A DNA stretch of 60,862 bases, counting the filler, from Circinaria calcarea (lineage: Eukaryota): the NCBI GenBank assembly GCA_051942165.1. It is 10 parts of 10 records of this genome, joined end to end, with 100 filler letters (N's around TTAATTAATTAA, not from the genome) between each part and the next. Parts side by side here need not be neighbours in the genome. Positions count along the whole stretch, not along the records: positions 54,874 to 60,862 come from JAVECS010001719.1; 9 more parts are not named here. The stretch is one strand, 5' to 3'. Made by a program: the position numbers and the translations under genes. Of the stretch, positions 59,971 through 60,862 are shown in pieces. Position 1 is the first letter of the stretch, and each line of letters opens with the position of its first letter. The notes under the pieces were generated by a model. It worked only from the letters and a program-made list of their open reading frames with translations. It was not told where the DNA came from and did not search any database.

Positions 59971-60702
59971 ATGTTGTCTCTCGTCGCTCTCGTCTTCACC
60001 TCGTTGCTGGCTGGCTTTGCCGCTGCACAATCTCCAACGACAAATTTCAGCGTTACTGATATTCAGAGAATCGTTGGCGAAACGACTCAGACTGAGCGGA
60101 GTGCGTATTTCCATGTCAAGGTCGATATCATCTCCTAATCCTCGACGCTAACACCTAGCATCTAGACTCATGGTGTACAAGCGAGATTACCACTTGTGGT
60201 ACTCTATGTGGTGGTAGAGTAGGCAGGAGAGATTGCGATCCAGTAGGTATCCTGATGCTCTCCGTTTTTGCAATACATTGCTAACTTTAGTTACTTAAAG
60301 ACTGCTCTCACGGCCAACTGCACCTGTGCATCCAACAACAGTGCACCTGGTCTCCCCTATTACATTGGGTCCCTCACCTCCTTTATTTGCTCAAGGGCCA
60401 ATGGTGATTGTGTTGCCGCGAATGAGGGTGATCGCGCGAGTCAGCAAGCCTGCAACACTACCTACGTATGCCCAACGCTTAATCCGTCGAACGCTGCGGT
60501 AGCTGAAACAACTTCGAGCTCTTCAATGGCATCTACTTCAACCCAAGCAAGTGCAAGTGGATCAGGTAGCGCTACCGGCAGCGTTACCGGTAGCGCGGCA
60601 GGTGCCTCGTCAACAGCGAGCTTTGCCGTCAGCATTGGGCAAGATTACGGCATGGGGATCCTGGCTGCTGCACTGATAGCTGCCTTTAAATTGCTGCTAT
60701 GA
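59971..60702 (+). CDS. Secreted Cys-rich, probably GPI-anchored protein (2 introns)
   Basis: Signal MLSLVALVFTSLLAGFAAA-Q; WCTSEITTCGTLCGG..CDP..CTC..FIC..C..C..C domain; S/T/G stalk; hydrophobic C-terminus. Confidence 0.88.
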
Positions 60703-60862
60703 TGATAGGCACTGAGGATAAGTTTCAGTTTTCAAGTGGATGGGTTGTTTTAATGAGCACGTTTGTGGCCACGTGGAGCAGTGGCATGAGAGCGGATTGG
60801 TTTTGTCTTTTACGAATGTTCTAGGGGTTTGGCATGTTCTTGTGGAGCAGGTGACTAAGAAC

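Noticed and set aside
1..60862. tRNA, rRNA or snoRNA genes
   Set aside because: None recognised by eye; tRNAscan-SE/Infernal would be needed to exclude them.

Overview
Eukaryotic DNA from filamentous ascomycete fungi (Pezizomycotina-type GT-AG introns with CTAAC-like branch points). The gene content is compatible with lichen-forming fungi, but that is inference. The window is not one locus. It is ten unlinked ~6 kb contigs (6000, 6000, 5999, 5998, 5996, 5996, 5996, 5996, 5992, 5989 bp, in decreasing length) joined by 100-nt N/TTAATTAATTAA/N linkers, so no synteny can be read across linkers. Housekeeping genes: NDC80 (absent from the ORF track), PEX14, a sarcosine/pipecolate oxidase-family flavoprotein, KEX1, SFM1, endosulfine IGO1, an ARO8-like aminotransferase and an SDR. 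Secondary-metabolism-type genes: O-methyltransferase, two P450s, MBOAT acyltransferase, Egt2/LolT-like PLP enzyme, atypical SDR. Also three PTH11-like membrane proteins (one pseudogene), two GPI-anchored proteins, an OB-fold protein, an intronless PD-(D/E)xK-like nuclease, a tandem Cys-patterned (Ecp2/KP4-like) protein and a ~1.2 kb AGCAT-based satellite. One contig is an intact Ty1/copia LTR retrotransposon with a second, oppositely oriented LTR 90 bp away. Best leads: twin FFAT-like (VAP/ER-binding) motifs in the copia polyprotein linker; half-tRNA-type PBS; the orphan nuclease; a deletion-fused monooxygenase/PTH11 pseudogene; a satellite with a C-to-T decay gradient ending at a Helitron-like hairpin; recurring steep 3' GC gradients within genes. 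All calls come from reading the sequence; no searches were run.
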